DNA of 64,000 nucleotides from contig CAZUIY010000341.1 in the NCBI GenBank assembly GCA_964619975.1, positions 1,393-65,392 of the forward strand, written 5' to 3'. The notes under the pieces are model-generated. The model was not told the origin of the DNA and did no database searches. It saw only the letters and a list, made by a program, of their open reading frames with translations. How positions within the stretch are numbered: the first letter of the stretch is position 1; the number at the start of each line of letters is the position of its first letter. The stretch is from an uncultured Gemmatimonadales bacterium (lineage in GTDB: Bacteria > Gemmatimonadota > Gemmatimonadetes > JACCXV01 > JAHWKZ01). The position numbers and the translations under genes are program-made. Of this stretch, positions 35,454 through 44,266 are shown piece by piece.

Positions 35454-35498
35454 TTGCGAAGGCTCGTAGTTCCTGCCATACTCCTACTCGTACCCGAT
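35454..35498 (+). promoter_or_regulatory. promoter P9 (-35 TTGCGA, 17 bp, -10 CATACT, leader GTACCCGATC)
   Basis: Directly visible; AGGAGG SD, then ATG 35514. Confidence 0.6.
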
Positions 35499-35513
35499 CA
35501 GCAGGAGGTAGCT

Positions 35514-35954
35514 ATGAGGCGCGGAATCACAGTAGTGATGGCGGTTGCGGCGGTTGCGGCGGTTGCGGCGTGGGCGACGTCGGCGCAGGCGCGGGAGGCG
35601 CCGGCTCCGTACGGTCCGGCCCCGGAGTCGTTGACGTGGAGCACGCCACCTGACGGAATGGTGACGGTGCGGCCGAACGCCGAGGTCGCGTTGCCCACGT
35701 GCGTCACCGAGGTCGACGCGTGGATACTGCGACGGCGCGTCACGCGCCGCCACGGCCGCGACGTGGCTCCCGGCCGCTACCGCCTGCGCCAGCGCGTTCA
35801 GCGCCCGCGCTGGTCGTACGGGGTGCGCCAACGCGCGATGACGTTTACGCGGGCGCGCGCGCCGGAGCCGGACGCCTTCATGGCGCGCAAGCTCGGCGAG
35901 CCGGTCATCGCCGCCTACGGGCGAACGTTGCTCGTGTACTGGTGGTGCTCGTAG
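35514..35954 (+). CDS. secreted protein with signal peptide
   Basis: N-terminus MRRGITVVMAVAAVAAVAAWATSAQA with an AQA cleavage-like site; 146 aa. Confidence 0.5.
   Translation: MRRGITVVMAVAAVAAVAAWATSAQAREAPAPYGPAPESLTWSTPPDGMVTVRPNAEVALPTCVTEVDAWILRRRVTRRHGRDVAPGRYRLRQRVQRPRWSYGVRQRAMTFTRARAPEPDAFMARKLGEPVIAAYGRTLLVYWWCS
35528..35575 (+). repeat. GCGGTTGCG tandem repeat (about 3.5 copies) encoding the VAA repeats of the signal peptide
   Basis: gcggttgcggcggttgcggcggttgcggcg. Confidence 0.6.
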
Positions 35955-36178
35955 TGGGCGCGGTGAACTACAGGCAGATCCCGTCGCTGCTGCGCGCCCG
36001 CGTGCCGTTTCACGGAAGCAGCATGAGGGCGGCCGTCGAGGACGGCGACTACGTCGTGTACTCCTACGCCGTCGAGATTGCGCGCGTCACCGAGGCGGGC
36101 GAGGTCCGGCTGAACGAGGAAACGTACAGCGCGACCACTAGCAGGCAGCAAAACCTGTGCCGGGAGCACCTGGCATGA
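35954..36178 (+). CDS. small hypothetical protein
   Basis: 74 codons from a GTG overlapping the upstream TAG. Confidence 0.35.
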   Translation: MGAVNYRQIPSLLRARVPFHGSSMRAAVEDGDYVVYSYAVEIARVTEAGEVRLNEETYSATTSRQQNLCREHLA

Positions 36179-36408
36179 CCTCTGATTGCCGAAGGGTGGT
36201 GGTGGCGTTGCGTCGAGGCCCGGCCATGATGTCGGCGCTGGCGCTGTTCACCGATCTGGCACACACGCGACTCGACAAGGCGATACGAGAGGCGTTGCGC
36301 AAGGACTACGTGGTGACGAACGGCGCGATTCCGCCGGCCTACCTGTTAACGGGCGAGGGCGAGCGACAGGCGCGGGCCAGGCGCGACGAGGTGGTTAGCG
36401 ATGGGTGA
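36175..36408 (+). CDS. small winged-helix-like DNA-binding protein
   Basis: 77 aa; ATGA overlap. Confidence 0.35.
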   Translation: MTSDCRRVVVALRRGPAMMSALALFTDLAHTRLDKAIREALRKDYVVTNGAIPPAYLLTGEGERQARARRDEVVSDG

Positions 36409-37351
36409 CGGCTCCAAGATTGAGTGGACCGAGGCGACGTGGAACCCCGTCACGGGGTGCTCGAAGGTGTCGCCCGGCTGCGCCCACTGCTACGCGGAGG
36501 CGGTGACGGCCAGGTACGCCGGCTCGCCGGGCTGGATCGCGGAGCACCGGCCGTGGACCCCGGAGAACGCCGAGCACAACCTGACGGTTTGGCCCGAGCG
36601 CCTGGATCAGCCGCTGCGGTGGCGGCGGCCGCGCATGGTCTTCGTGAACTCCATGAGCGACCTGTTCCACGAGCTGCTGCCGGAGGAGTTCATCGCCGAC
36701 GTGTTCGCGGTCATGGCGATCGCGAAGCAGCACACGTTCCAAGTCCTGACTAAGCGGCCGGACCGGATGCGCGACGTGCTCAACGATGAATGCTGGCCGC
36801 TGCTGTTGAGCGCCGCCCTGCAAAAGCGCGGTGCCGAGCCGATACCGAACCTCTTTGAGGACGATCGAGTGTCGGTGCTTCCAAACGTGTGGCTCGGCAC
36901 GTCGATCGAGAACCGGCAGTTCACGCAACGCGCCGACGCGCTGCGCGCCGCGCCGGCCGCGGTCAGGTTCATCAGCGCCGAGCCCCTGCTGGGATCGCTA
37001 ATCGCCCCGCCGTGCGATCGCAACTGGTACGGCGAGTGCAAGGGGTGGGTGGAAAACGATGGCTGTCGCAGCTGCCCGCGAACGCAGCGCCAAGCCGGCA
37101 AGAGCGCCGTGCGTCGCGAGCCGACGCCCAGCCTGGACCTGACCGCGATTGATTGGCTGATCGTTGGCGGGGAGTCCGGCAAGGGTCACCGCCCCATGCG
37201 GGTCGAGTGGGCGCGCGACCTTCGCGACGCGGCGGCGCGCGCCGGCACCGCGTTTTTCTTCAAGCAGTGGGGCGGCCACACGCCGACGGCCGGCGGGCGC
37301 GTGCTCGACGGCCGGCTGCACGATGCGATGCCGGAGGGCGCGTCGTCGTGA
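36401..37351 (+). CDS. phage Gp37/Gp68 family protein (DUF5131, three-Cys motif)
   Basis: N-terminal signature KIEWTEATWNPVTGCSKVSPGCAHCYAE and the conserved WLIVGGESG region. Confidence 0.65.
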   Translation: MGDGSKIEWTEATWNPVTGCSKVSPGCAHCYAEAVTARYAGSPGWIAEHRPWTPENAEHNLTVWPERLDQPLRWRRPRMVFVNSMSDLFHELLPEEFIADVFAVMAIAKQHTFQVLTKRPDRMRDVLNDECWPLLLSAALQKRGAEPIPNLFEDDRVSVLPNVWLGTSIENRQFTQRADALRAAPAAVRFISAEPLLGSLIAPPCDRNWYGECKGWVENDGCRSCPRTQRQAGKSAVRREPTPSLDLTAIDWLIVGGESGKGHRPMRVEWARDLRDAAARAGTAFFFKQWGGHTPTAGGRVLDGRLHDAMPEGASS

Positions 37352-37575
37352 CCTCGACGTTCGCCGATCTGGAGAAGACCGAGGCGCTTCGCGAGGGCGA
37401 CGCCTGCGAGTTCCGCTACCCGGCGCGCGGGACGTGGCGCAAGGGGACCGTGGTCGAGAACGGCGGCTCGTCCTACTGGAAGATCAAGGACGACGAGACC
37501 GGCGAGGTCGACGGGTTCTTCTACATCGAGCACGTGCGCGCGCCGGGCACCGACCCGTGGGGGAGGTGGCGCTGA
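37348..37575 (+). CDS. small hypothetical protein
   Basis: 75 codons; GTGA overlap. Confidence 0.35.
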   Translation: MTSTFADLEKTEALREGDACEFRYPARGTWRKGTVVENGGSSYWKIKDDETGEVDGFFYIEHVRAPGTDPWGRWR

Positions 37576-38228
37576 TGGGCGTGCTGGACGTCGTCGACCC
37601 GTCGGAGTGCGACGAGCACGGCGTGCCGCTCGATTGGGAGCGGTGCCGGCGGTGCCGGCGGTGCGGGGGCGGCGGGGGCGTGCTGCACGTCGAGAACGGA
37701 CGGGTGCCATGCCACGTTTGCGGTGGCCTCGGCTCCCTGAAGGCGGCGGCGCTCATGCACCTGACCGTCCAGCAGCGCACCCGTTTCCCCGGCGCGTCGC
37801 CGTACACGCCGCTGCCGCCGGAGTTCCGCGTCCGCTGCGAGGACTGCGGCCACCCGATGAGCGACGGGGTGTTTGAGGGCGACCAGCCCTACTTCGGCGA
37901 GGACATGACGTTCTCGGCCGCGCTCGACGTGCTGCGCGCCGGCATCGACCCGGCGAACGTCGGCGATGGCAACTGCACTCACTACTCCCCCTGCGACGAG
38001 GGGTGCAGGCACGCCGGGCCGGGGCGCGTCTCTCACGACGGGGGCCAGTCATGGCGCGAGTCGGTATTCGATGAGAAGGGCCGTGACATGCTCGCTACCT
38101 TCAAGCAGCGCGCCTACTTCGAGGCGTCGTGGCGGCAGGTGGACGTGCGGACGCTCGGCTGGCCGCATGACCTGCGGCCGGAGAAGCTGGCGATTGTGTG
38201 CCTGCGGTGCTGGGCCGCGCGGTCGTGA
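37575..38228 (+). CDS. hypothetical Cys-rich (multi-zinc-finger) protein
   Basis: 217 aa with many CxxC pairs (CRRCRRCGGGGG, CHVCGG, CEDCGH, CDEGCRH, CLRCW). Confidence 0.5.
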   Translation: MGVLDVVDPSECDEHGVPLDWERCRRCRRCGGGGGVLHVENGRVPCHVCGGLGSLKAAALMHLTVQQRTRFPGASPYTPLPPEFRVRCEDCGHPMSDGVFEGDQPYFGEDMTFSAALDVLRAGIDPANVGDGNCTHYSPCDEGCRHAGPGRVSHDGGQSWRESVFDEKGRDMLATFKQRAYFEASWRQVDVRTLGWPHDLRPEKLAIVCLRCWAARS

Positions 38229-38238
38229 GGGTTCTGCC

Positions 38239-38514
38239 GTGACGCGCGCCCTGCGGGAGTTCGTGACCGCGCTCGACTGGGCGTGCTGGGAGAACGCCGA
38301 GGAGGGCGGCGACGGGTGGGTGCCGGCGGAGGCCGTGGCCGAGGAGTACGGCGTGACGGTGCCGTGGGCGCGGGTGCGATGCGAGCACCTGGTCCGGCTC
38401 GGCATGGCCGAGCGGCGCCACACGAGGTGGGTCGAGGGCGGGCTTAAGGGCGAGCCGGTGACCGAGTACGCGCCGACGGAGGCCGGCGCGGCGCTGGCGA
38501 ACGGGGGCGGGTGA
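38239..38514 (+). CDS. small winged-helix-like protein
   Basis: 91 codons from a GTG overlapping the upstream stop. Confidence 0.35.
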   Translation: MTRALREFVTALDWACWENAEEGGDGWVPAEAVAEEYGVTVPWARVRCEHLVRLGMAERRHTRWVEGGLKGEPVTEYAPTEAGAALANGGG

Positions 38515-38963
38515 TGGCTCTCAGGCCGGGGCCGGGGCCGGCGTCGGGGGAGCAGGCCGAGGCGATCGAGCGGTTGCGCGCGGACGTGCTGCGTCGCCGC
38601 ATGGAGGGGGCCTCGTGCCGCGAGGTGGCCACCGAGCTGGGGGTGTCGGCCAACACGGTCAGCCGCTGGTCGCGAGGCCACGACCTGCCTCCCCGCCTCG
38701 CGTGGACCCCCGAGGCGATCGTCGCCGCCCTGCGACGGTTTCACGAGGAGTTCGGGAGGACGCCGTCGGCGAGGGAGTGGAATACGACGGTGGCGCGGCG
38801 GCGCCACCCCGACCTGGCGGCTCGGCAGCGGAGCGGCGAGTGGCCGGACACGTCGATCGTCCAGCGCGTCTTCGGCTCGTGGAACGCGGGGATCGAGGCG
38901 GCCGGCTTCACGCCCCGCCCGACCGGCCACAACCGCCGGGCGTCGTCGGGGTTCTTGCTGTGA
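38511..38963 (+). CDS. HTH (sigma region-4-like) protein with homing-endonuclease-associated repeat (HEARO)
   Basis: HTH at CREVATELGVSANTVSRWSRG; HEARO-like WTPEAIVAALRRFHEEFGRTPSAREWN...GEWPDTSIVQRVFGSWNAGIEAAGF. Confidence 0.5.
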   Translation: MMALRPGPGPASGEQAEAIERLRADVLRRRMEGASCREVATELGVSANTVSRWSRGHDLPPRLAWTPEAIVAALRRFHEEFGRTPSAREWNTTVARRRHPDLAARQRSGEWPDTSIVQRVFGSWNAGIEAAGFTPRPTGHNRRASSGFLL

Positions 38964-39280
38964 GGGACGTTCGGCCCACCCCGCCCGACGCTGCCGAGCA
39001 GGTGGCGGCGCTGCCGAGGCGCACCGCCCACGCCGCCCACGCGCTGCTGGCGTGCTGCGCGGACATGCGAGGCCCGGCGAAGGTGAACGAGGTCATCATG
39101 TACGACGCGGAGGCGCTGAGCACGCGCGCCACGGCGGCGGCGCTGAGCGGCGCCAGGCGGGCCAGGCTCGCCGACTACTGGGGGCGCGGCGTGTGGGTGC
39201 CGACGATCCACGCGCACGACCTGCGCGCGGCGCTGGAGGATCGCTTCCTGGCGGATACCGAGCGCGAAGGTGACGGATGA
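38960..39280 (+). CDS. hypothetical protein
   Basis: 106 codons; GTGA overlap. Confidence 0.35.
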   Translation: MRDVRPTPPDAAEQVAALPRRTAHAAHALLACCADMRGPAKVNEVIMYDAEALSTRATAAALSGARRARLADYWGRGVWVPTIHAHDLRAALEDRFLADTEREGDG

Positions 39281-40095
39281 GCGTGGCGGCCATCGCGGAG
39301 CGCGCCACGCGTCGGGACCTCGACGGGCTGGTGCGCGGGGCGTCTCGGCTGGCTCCGAGCCGCGAGGACGCCGAGGACGCGGTGCAGGAGGCGTGGGCGC
39401 AGCTGCTTGAGCGCGAGCGGCGCGGCCACGAGTTCGACGCGGCCGGGCTGGGCCTGGTGGCGCACGGCGCGCGCAGCCGGGCGATCGACGCGCACCGCCG
39501 CCGGGTCGGCCGCGGCGAGCGGTCGCTGGACCGCATGGTCGAGGACGCGGGCGACGCCGGATCCGCGCGCGCGCCCGACGCGCTGCTGGATCAGGTGGAG
39601 GCGCGCCTGGCCCTGCGCGAGCTCGCGGCCGAGGCGCCCGGCGGGCGCGCGGCGCTCAAGCTGGCGCGCAAGCGGCTGGGGGAGTTCGTGCGCTTCGAGC
39701 CGGACGAGGTGGTGGACTCGGTGCGCGGCTTCGTGGAGCGCCACGGCTACGTGCCCACGTGCGAGCAGTTCTGCGCCGACCCGCTCTGTCCGTCGTGGAT
39801 CGTGGTCCACCGCTGCTTTACGAGGTGGTCGGCGCTGATGCGGGAGGCGGGCTACGAGGTCTACGACAAGAGCACGACGGCCGCGCGGCGCGACGACGCG
39901 CTCGTGGCGGAGGTGGCCGCGCTGGCGCGGCGCGAGGGCACCGTGTCGCAGAGGATGCTGCGCGAGAGGATGGGCCTGGGGTGGAAGTGCGCGCGCCGGC
40001 TGGTGGCCAGGCTGGAGGCCGAGGGCGTGGTGGGACCGCATCCCGGCGGCAACGCCCCGAGGAAGTTGCTCGCGCCGGCTTGCGTTTCTTCGTAG
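39277..40095 (+). CDS. fusion protein: ECF-sigma-like N-terminus + HEARO repeat + FtsK-gamma-like winged helix
   Basis: Sigma region-2-like DAEDAVQEAWAQLLE...AIDAHRRRVGRGERSLD. HEARO-like HGYVPTCEQFCADPLCPSWIVVHRCFTRWSALMREAGYEV. C-terminal SQRMLRERMGLGWKCARRLVARLEAEGVVGPHPGGNAPRKLLAP matches FtsK gamma ([40 protein letters not shown]). Confidence 0.55.
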   Translation: MSVAAIAERATRRDLDGLVRGASRLAPSREDAEDAVQEAWAQLLERERRGHEFDAAGLGLVAHGARSRAIDAHRRRVGRGERSLDRMVEDAGDAGSARAPDALLDQVEARLALRELAAEAPGGRAALKLARKRLGEFVRFEPDEVVDSVRGFVERHGYVPTCEQFCADPLCPSWIVVHRCFTRWSALMREAGYEVYDKSTTAARRDDALVAEVAALARREGTVSQRMLRERMGLGWKCARRLVARLEAEGVVGPHPGGNAPRKLLAPACVSS

Positions 40096-40123
40096 TTCCT
40101 GTATTATGAGGAACGTACCCGAT
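40080..40123 (+). promoter_or_regulatory. promoter P10 (-35 TTGCGT, 16 bp, -10 TATTAT, leader GTACCCGATC)
   Basis: Directly visible; AGGAG SD, then GTG 40139. Confidence 0.6.
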
Positions 40124-40138
40124 CGCAGGAGCCGCAAA

Positions 40139-40444
40139 GTGAGCACGATCCGCATACGCAAGATGGACGTCAGCACCGCCACCGTGGAGCTGCCCGAGGG
40201 GCCGTGGTACATGGCCACAATCTACGGGGCCGACGATGGCGACTTGGATAACGACGACACGTTCTACATGCGCGACGTGGTGGTGCTGGGAGCGGCCGAC
40301 GCCCGCGCGGCGAAGGCTGCTGCGCGGCGGGGCGTGGACGCCGCGAAGGGCGAGGTCGTAGACCGCGCCAGGAAGACCGATCGCGACATGGCGGCCTACT
40401 ACCTGCACACGGGCGACGTGGTGTACGCGGAGGCAAACGGCTGA
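40139..40444 (+). CDS. hypothetical protein
   Basis: 101 aa; first gene of a long translationally coupled operon (40.1-44.2 kb). Confidence 0.45.
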   Translation: MSTIRIRKMDVSTATVELPEGPWYMATIYGADDGDLDNDDTFYMRDVVVLGAADARAAKAAARRGVDAAKGEVVDRARKTDRDMAAYYLHTGDVVYAEANG

Positions 40445-40716
40445 TGGGTGGTCGCGTGAGCACCCTGGCCGACCCGTCGATCACCGAGGCGACCGTGATG
40501 TACGGCGAGACGGCCCGGATCGGCTCGCGGGTCAAGCACTACGGCCAGCGCTACACGGGCTCCGCGACGGCGACCGTCGTCGGCTTTCGCCGGGCGGGGC
40601 CGGACGAGGGGTATCGCGGCGACTGGATCAAGGTGCTGGTCGAGCACGACAGCGAGAAGACCGTTCACGACTTCGAGGGCGGCTGGGACTGGGACCGCAC
40701 GGAGCTGGTGCCGTGA
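40444..40716 (+). CDS. hypothetical protein
   Basis: 90 aa; coupled. Confidence 0.4.
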   Translation: MGGRVSTLADPSITEATVMYGETARIGSRVKHYGQRYTGSATATVVGFRRAGPDEGYRGDWIKVLVEHDSEKTVHDFEGGWDWDRTELVP

Positions 40717-41003
40717 GCGGCGATTCGCTGGTCCCCGAGGGCTACGTGGCGTTCGGCTGGCACACGTTTCGCAGCCTGCGGGGGCAGGCGCAGCTGACGG
40801 TGGCGCACCTGGCCCCCGCCCCGCAGGGCGAGCGGCCGTGGGAGGCGCTGTGCGGTCGCCGCCGCCGCGGCGCGGCCACCAGGCCCGACGCGCCGAGCGT
40901 CGTGGAGTCGGAGATGGGCAGGGGCGAGCGCTCGAAGTGCGCGCGCTGCTTCGCGATCGCGGCCGGGGCGGCGTACCCGCACGGCGGGGAGTTCGGGACG
41001 TGA
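40713..41003 (+). CDS. hypothetical protein
   Basis: 96 aa; KCARCF motif. Confidence 0.4.
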   Translation: MSGDSLVPEGYVAFGWHTFRSLRGQAQLTVAHLAPAPQGERPWEALCGRRRRGAATRPDAPSVVESEMGRGERSKCARCFAIAAGAAYPHGGEFGT

Positions 41004-41173
41004 GCGCCCCGCGCATCACCATGCTGGTAAGTGCCTGCGGGTTCATCGGGTCGGTGCTGTACGTGTTGACGCTCTGGGATGGGAGCGACTACGGTCTTGG
41101 ACTCGCGGTGGGGCAAACGGTGGGAATGGTCTGCGGCGCCGCGGCCTCGACGCTGCTGGGGCGGTTGTCGTGA
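41000..41173 (+). CDS. small membrane peptide
   Basis: 57 aa; hydrophobic. Confidence 0.3.
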   Translation: MSAPRITMLVSACGFIGSVLYVLTLWDGSDYGLGLAVGQTVGMVCGAAASTLLGRLS

Positions 41174-41493
41174 TGGCGATCGCCAACGGCGCGCCCGCCA
41201 GGACCTACGCGCTGGTGAAGGTCGCGGCGGGCGACTGGCTGCTGCCGTCGAACGACGCGCGCACGCTGTGGCGGTTGCAGCGCTACGAGGACGGCCCCTC
41301 GCACGGGCTGGACCCCGAGGTGTTTCCGACCGACTTCGAGGCGTGGCAGCTCTGGCGGTACAAGCGGCCGCTCGCCGCCGCGCTCTGGCGCGAGGACGTG
41401 GAGGACTGGGATCAGTGGACGCTGGTGGCCACGAACCTTGAGACGCGCGGCGAGGCGATCGATGAGGCCATGCGGATCGGGGAAGGGTCGTGA
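41170..41493 (+). CDS. hypothetical protein
   Basis: 107 aa. Confidence 0.4.
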   Translation: MMAIANGAPARTYALVKVAAGDWLLPSNDARTLWRLQRYEDGPSHGLDPEVFPTDFEAWQLWRYKRPLAAALWREDVEDWDQWTLVATNLETRGEAIDEAMRIGEGS

Positions 41494-41924
41494 ACGCGCG
41501 GGAGCCGCGCGCCACGGTGGGTCCGCCGGCCGAGCGGCCGTGCGGCTCGTGCCCGTACCGGCGCGACGTGCCGAGCGGCGTGTGGACCGAGGACGAGTAC
41601 GCGAAGCTCCCGCGCTACGACGCCGAGACGGGCGACCAGCCGACGGCGATGTTCGCGTGCCACCGCGACGACGGGCGGGCGTGCGCCGGGTGGGTGGCCA
41701 CGCACGACATGGACGGGTGCCTCGCGCTGCGGCTGGCGACGGTGCGGGGCGACGTGGACCCGCGCCCGTTCCTCGACTACCGGACGACGGTGGCCACGTG
41801 GCGCTCGGGCGCGGAGGCGGCCGCGCACGGGCTGCGCGACGTGCTGAGCCCGGGACCGGCCGCGCGCCGGCTGATCGAGAAGCTGGGCACGCGCGGCGGA
41901 CTCGGTCGAAGGGAGAGGACCTGA
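41490..41924 (+). CDS. hypothetical Cys-containing protein
   Basis: 144 aa; CGSCPYRRD ... CHRDDGRAC motif. Confidence 0.4.
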   Translation: MNAREPRATVGPPAERPCGSCPYRRDVPSGVWTEDEYAKLPRYDAETGDQPTAMFACHRDDGRACAGWVATHDMDGCLALRLATVRGDVDPRPFLDYRTTVATWRSGAEAAAHGLRDVLSPGPAARRLIEKLGTRGGLGRRERT

Positions 41925-42133
41925 TGGCGGGCGAGTCCTACGCCGCGGGGCGGGCGCGGCTCGCGGCCGAGCACGACGACGGCGCGCGCGACGCGCTCAA
42001 GGACGTGCTGGGATACGACAACCTTCCGGTCGAGTGCATGGCCTACTGCCACGGCGGCTCGGCGAAGCCGGACCTGACCGAGATCCTGGCGGACCTCACC
42101 GAGGCGGGCTGGCGGCTGGTGCGGCGTGGCTGA
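41924..42133 (+). CDS. small hypothetical protein
   Basis: 69 aa; ATGA overlap. Confidence 0.35.
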   Translation: MAGESYAAGRARLAAEHDDGARDALKDVLGYDNLPVECMAYCHGGSAKPDLTEILADLTEAGWRLVRRG

Positions 42134-42323
42134 CGCGGAGGACGTGGCGAAGGTGCGCGCCTACGTGAGGCAGATGGGCGCGCCGTGCCTGACCGACGGC
42201 GTGTCCGACGAGGCGATCGCGCTGCTGGTGGACGAGGCGCGCGCCCGGCTGCGGCACTCCGGCCGGCGCCGCGGCTGGCTGGGCGAGGTCCACGGAGCGC
42301 TCAAGCGAAGGGACAGAATCTGA
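42126..42323 (+). CDS. small hypothetical protein
   Basis: 65 aa. Confidence 0.35.
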   Translation: MADAEDVAKVRAYVRQMGAPCLTDGVSDEAIALLVDEARARLRHSGRRRGWLGEVHGALKRRDRI

Positions 42324-42589
42324 TGGCAAAGGTGGTATCCGAGGTGTTCGTCGAGTGCGTGTCCTGCGGGCACAAGCTGGTGCTCGCCGTCGAGAACGTG
42401 AGCGACGTGGAGGCGGCCGCGATCGCCAAGGCGGCGGGGTGGACGGTGCGCGGCCACTCCGGCGCGGAGCCGACGCGCTGCGGGCGGTGCCGCGAGGCGG
42501 GTCGCCAGGACCAGACCGCGCTTGACCAGGGGCGCGTCGGTCGGCGCGGCGGCTACCGCGGACCCTACGGCCCGCCCCGCCATCCGTGA
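42323..42589 (+). CDS. small zinc-ribbon protein
   Basis: 88 aa; CVSCGH ... CGRC. Confidence 0.4.
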   Translation: MAKVVSEVFVECVSCGHKLVLAVENVSDVEAAAIAKAAGWTVRGHSGAEPTRCGRCREAGRQDQTALDQGRVGRRGGYRGPYGPPRHP

Positions 42590-42792
42590 GCGCGAACCCG
42601 AACACGGACCAGCTCGGCGTGCGCGAGGCGGCCGCGCGCATCGGCGTCCACGAGAACACCGTGCGGAACATGGTGGCCCGCGGCGAGCTTCGCGTGGCGC
42701 GCAGGCTGCCGGTGAGCGGCTACGCGCGCTTCGATCCGCAGGAGGTCGAGCGGCTGCGGGTGGCCCGCCAGACGCCGGGGGGCCGGTGGTGA
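42586..42792 (+). CDS. excisionase/MerR-like HTH DNA-binding protein
   Basis: AAARIGVHENTVRNMVARGEL is an Xis/MerR-type HTH. Confidence 0.45.
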   Translation: MSANPNTDQLGVREAAARIGVHENTVRNMVARGELRVARRLPVSGYARFDPQEVERLRVARQTPGGRW

Positions 42793-43202
42793 CGCCCGAC
42801 CTTCGAGACGTGCTGCCCAACCTGGCCGCGGCGCGCGACCTCGCGGCGTGCGAGCAGGCCGCGTTCGACGAGCCCGACCTGGAGCTCCGCAAGGGCGACC
42901 GCTACGCGCTGCTGCTGGACTGGGCGCACCGGACGCGGCGCTGCCGGTGCGGCGGGACGATCGACGAGTACGAGGTGCTGACCATGCTGGCGGTCGGGCC
43001 GAACGCGGGCACCCTCGGGCGGGACGTGGATGCCTCGTGCCGGGACTGCCACTCGGCTAGAACGTCGTGCAACCTGCCGCCGGGCGCGCCGCCGTTCTCG
43101 CGCGACCCGCACTGGCCGCAGGCGCGGCTCGACGCCCTGACGCGCCTCACGGTCACGGCGCTGGGCAAGAGGGCGCGCAGGGGGCGCGCGGGGCATGGGT
43201 GA
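42789..43202 (+). CDS. hypothetical protein
   Basis: 137 codons; GTGA overlap. Confidence 0.4.
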   Translation: MTPDLRDVLPNLAAARDLAACEQAAFDEPDLELRKGDRYALLLDWAHRTRRCRCGGTIDEYEVLTMLAVGPNAGTLGRDVDASCRDCHSARTSCNLPPGAPPFSRDPHWPQARLDALTRLTVTALGKRARRGRAGHG

Positions 43203-43422
43203 GGCGACGGCGTACCGCCGCGACGCCTCGTGGAACGCGACGGGCGCGGCGTCGGGCAGCGCGGGCAAGATGCACCTGCCCCACCCCGACGACTTCGCGC
43301 TGTCGGCCTGCGGGCGCGTGGCGCTCGACAACCGGCCGCGGGACCGCCAGGGGGAGCCGGCCGCGAGCGTGGAGTCAAGGCGGCGGTGCAAGGCCCCCGG
43401 CTGCCGTGAGCTGTGGCCGTGA
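43195..43422 (+). CDS. small hypothetical protein
   Basis: 75 aa. Confidence 0.35.
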   Translation: MGEATAYRRDASWNATGAASGSAGKMHLPHPDDFALSACGRVALDNRPRDRQGEPAASVESRRRCKAPGCRELWP

Positions 43423-43700
43423 GGCGGCGGCGTAGGCGCGCGGTCGCCTTCCAAGAGTGCGAGTCGAGGCAGGGCCGGATGCTGCGGGCGCTCATCGACG
43501 GCGAGCGCGGGCGACCCGGGGTCCGTCGGTGCGACCGCTACTGGTGCGCTGCCGATCGGCCCGCGACCGGCGACGACTTCGCGGTGGCCCCGGTCTACGA
43601 CGGCACGAAGGTCCCGGACGACGCGCGGTGCGAGGAATGTGGCATCGGCATAGCCGAGCTACAGGAGGCGCTTCGCGACCTAGGGGCAGGCCGTGGGTGA
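43413..43700 (+). CDS. small hypothetical protein
   Basis: 95 aa; CEECGIG motif. Confidence 0.35.
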   Translation: MAVRRRRRRAVAFQECESRQGRMLRALIDGERGRPGVRRCDRYWCAADRPATGDDFAVAPVYDGTKVPDDARCEECGIGIAELQEALRDLGAGRG

Positions 43701-43968
43701 CGGAGTGACGGGACGACTGAAGCGCGCGGCGGCCGCGAACGCGCTTCTGGCCCTTCGTTGGGAGGCGGACGCGGTGGCCAGGAACCACTTCGGCGAGGTG
43801 GTGTGGCTGAGGCGGTTCCCGCCGCGGCCGAACTGGCCGGCGGGCGGGATCACGGATTGCTGCGGAGTGCTCGCGCCGTGCGAGCGCCACGCGGCCATGA
43901 CGCCGCCGGAGTGGGCGGTGCCGCTGGCGCGGCGGCTGGCCGACCGACCGGAGGCCGGTGGTGTGTGA
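43693..43968 (+). CDS. small hypothetical protein
   Basis: 91 aa. Confidence 0.35.
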   Translation: MGDGVTGRLKRAAAANALLALRWEADAVARNHFGEVVWLRRFPPRPNWPAGGITDCCGVLAPCERHAAMTPPEWAVPLARRLADRPEAGGV

Positions 43969-44230
43969 CCACGCGCGGGACCCCGGTGGCCGCGAGGCGG
44001 CGATGGTCGAGGCGTACCCCGGCGCGTGGTGCGATCCGTGCATCGCGCCGCTCGTGCGGGCGCTGAACGAGTGCGAGGCGCTGCCGGCGACGCCGTCGCG
44101 GCTGAACCCGGCCGGGGTGCGGACCGTGGCGTCGTGCTGCGGCCACGGCGAGCGGCCGGGCCGCGTGTCGCTGGCGGACGGGCGCGAGCTGATGATCTAC
44201 CCCGACCTTGCGAGCAGTCCTAGTTCCTAG
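43958..44230 (+). CDS. small hypothetical protein (3-prime end contains the -35 of P11)
   Basis: 90 aa. Confidence 0.35.
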   Translation: MVCDHARDPGGREAAMVEAYPGAWCDPCIAPLVRALNECEALPATPSRLNPAGVRTVASCCGHGERPGRVSLADGRELMIYPDLASSPSS

Positions 44231-44251
44231 TACGATGTAGGAGTACCCGAT
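44208..44251 (+). promoter_or_regulatory. promoter P11 (-35 TTGCGA, 17 bp, -10 TACGAT, leader GTACCCGATC)
   Basis: Directly visible. The downstream leader+SD (GTACCCGATCGCAGGAGCCGCAAAGTG) is identical to that of P10. Confidence 0.6.
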
Positions 44252-44266
44252 CGCAGGAGCCGCAAA

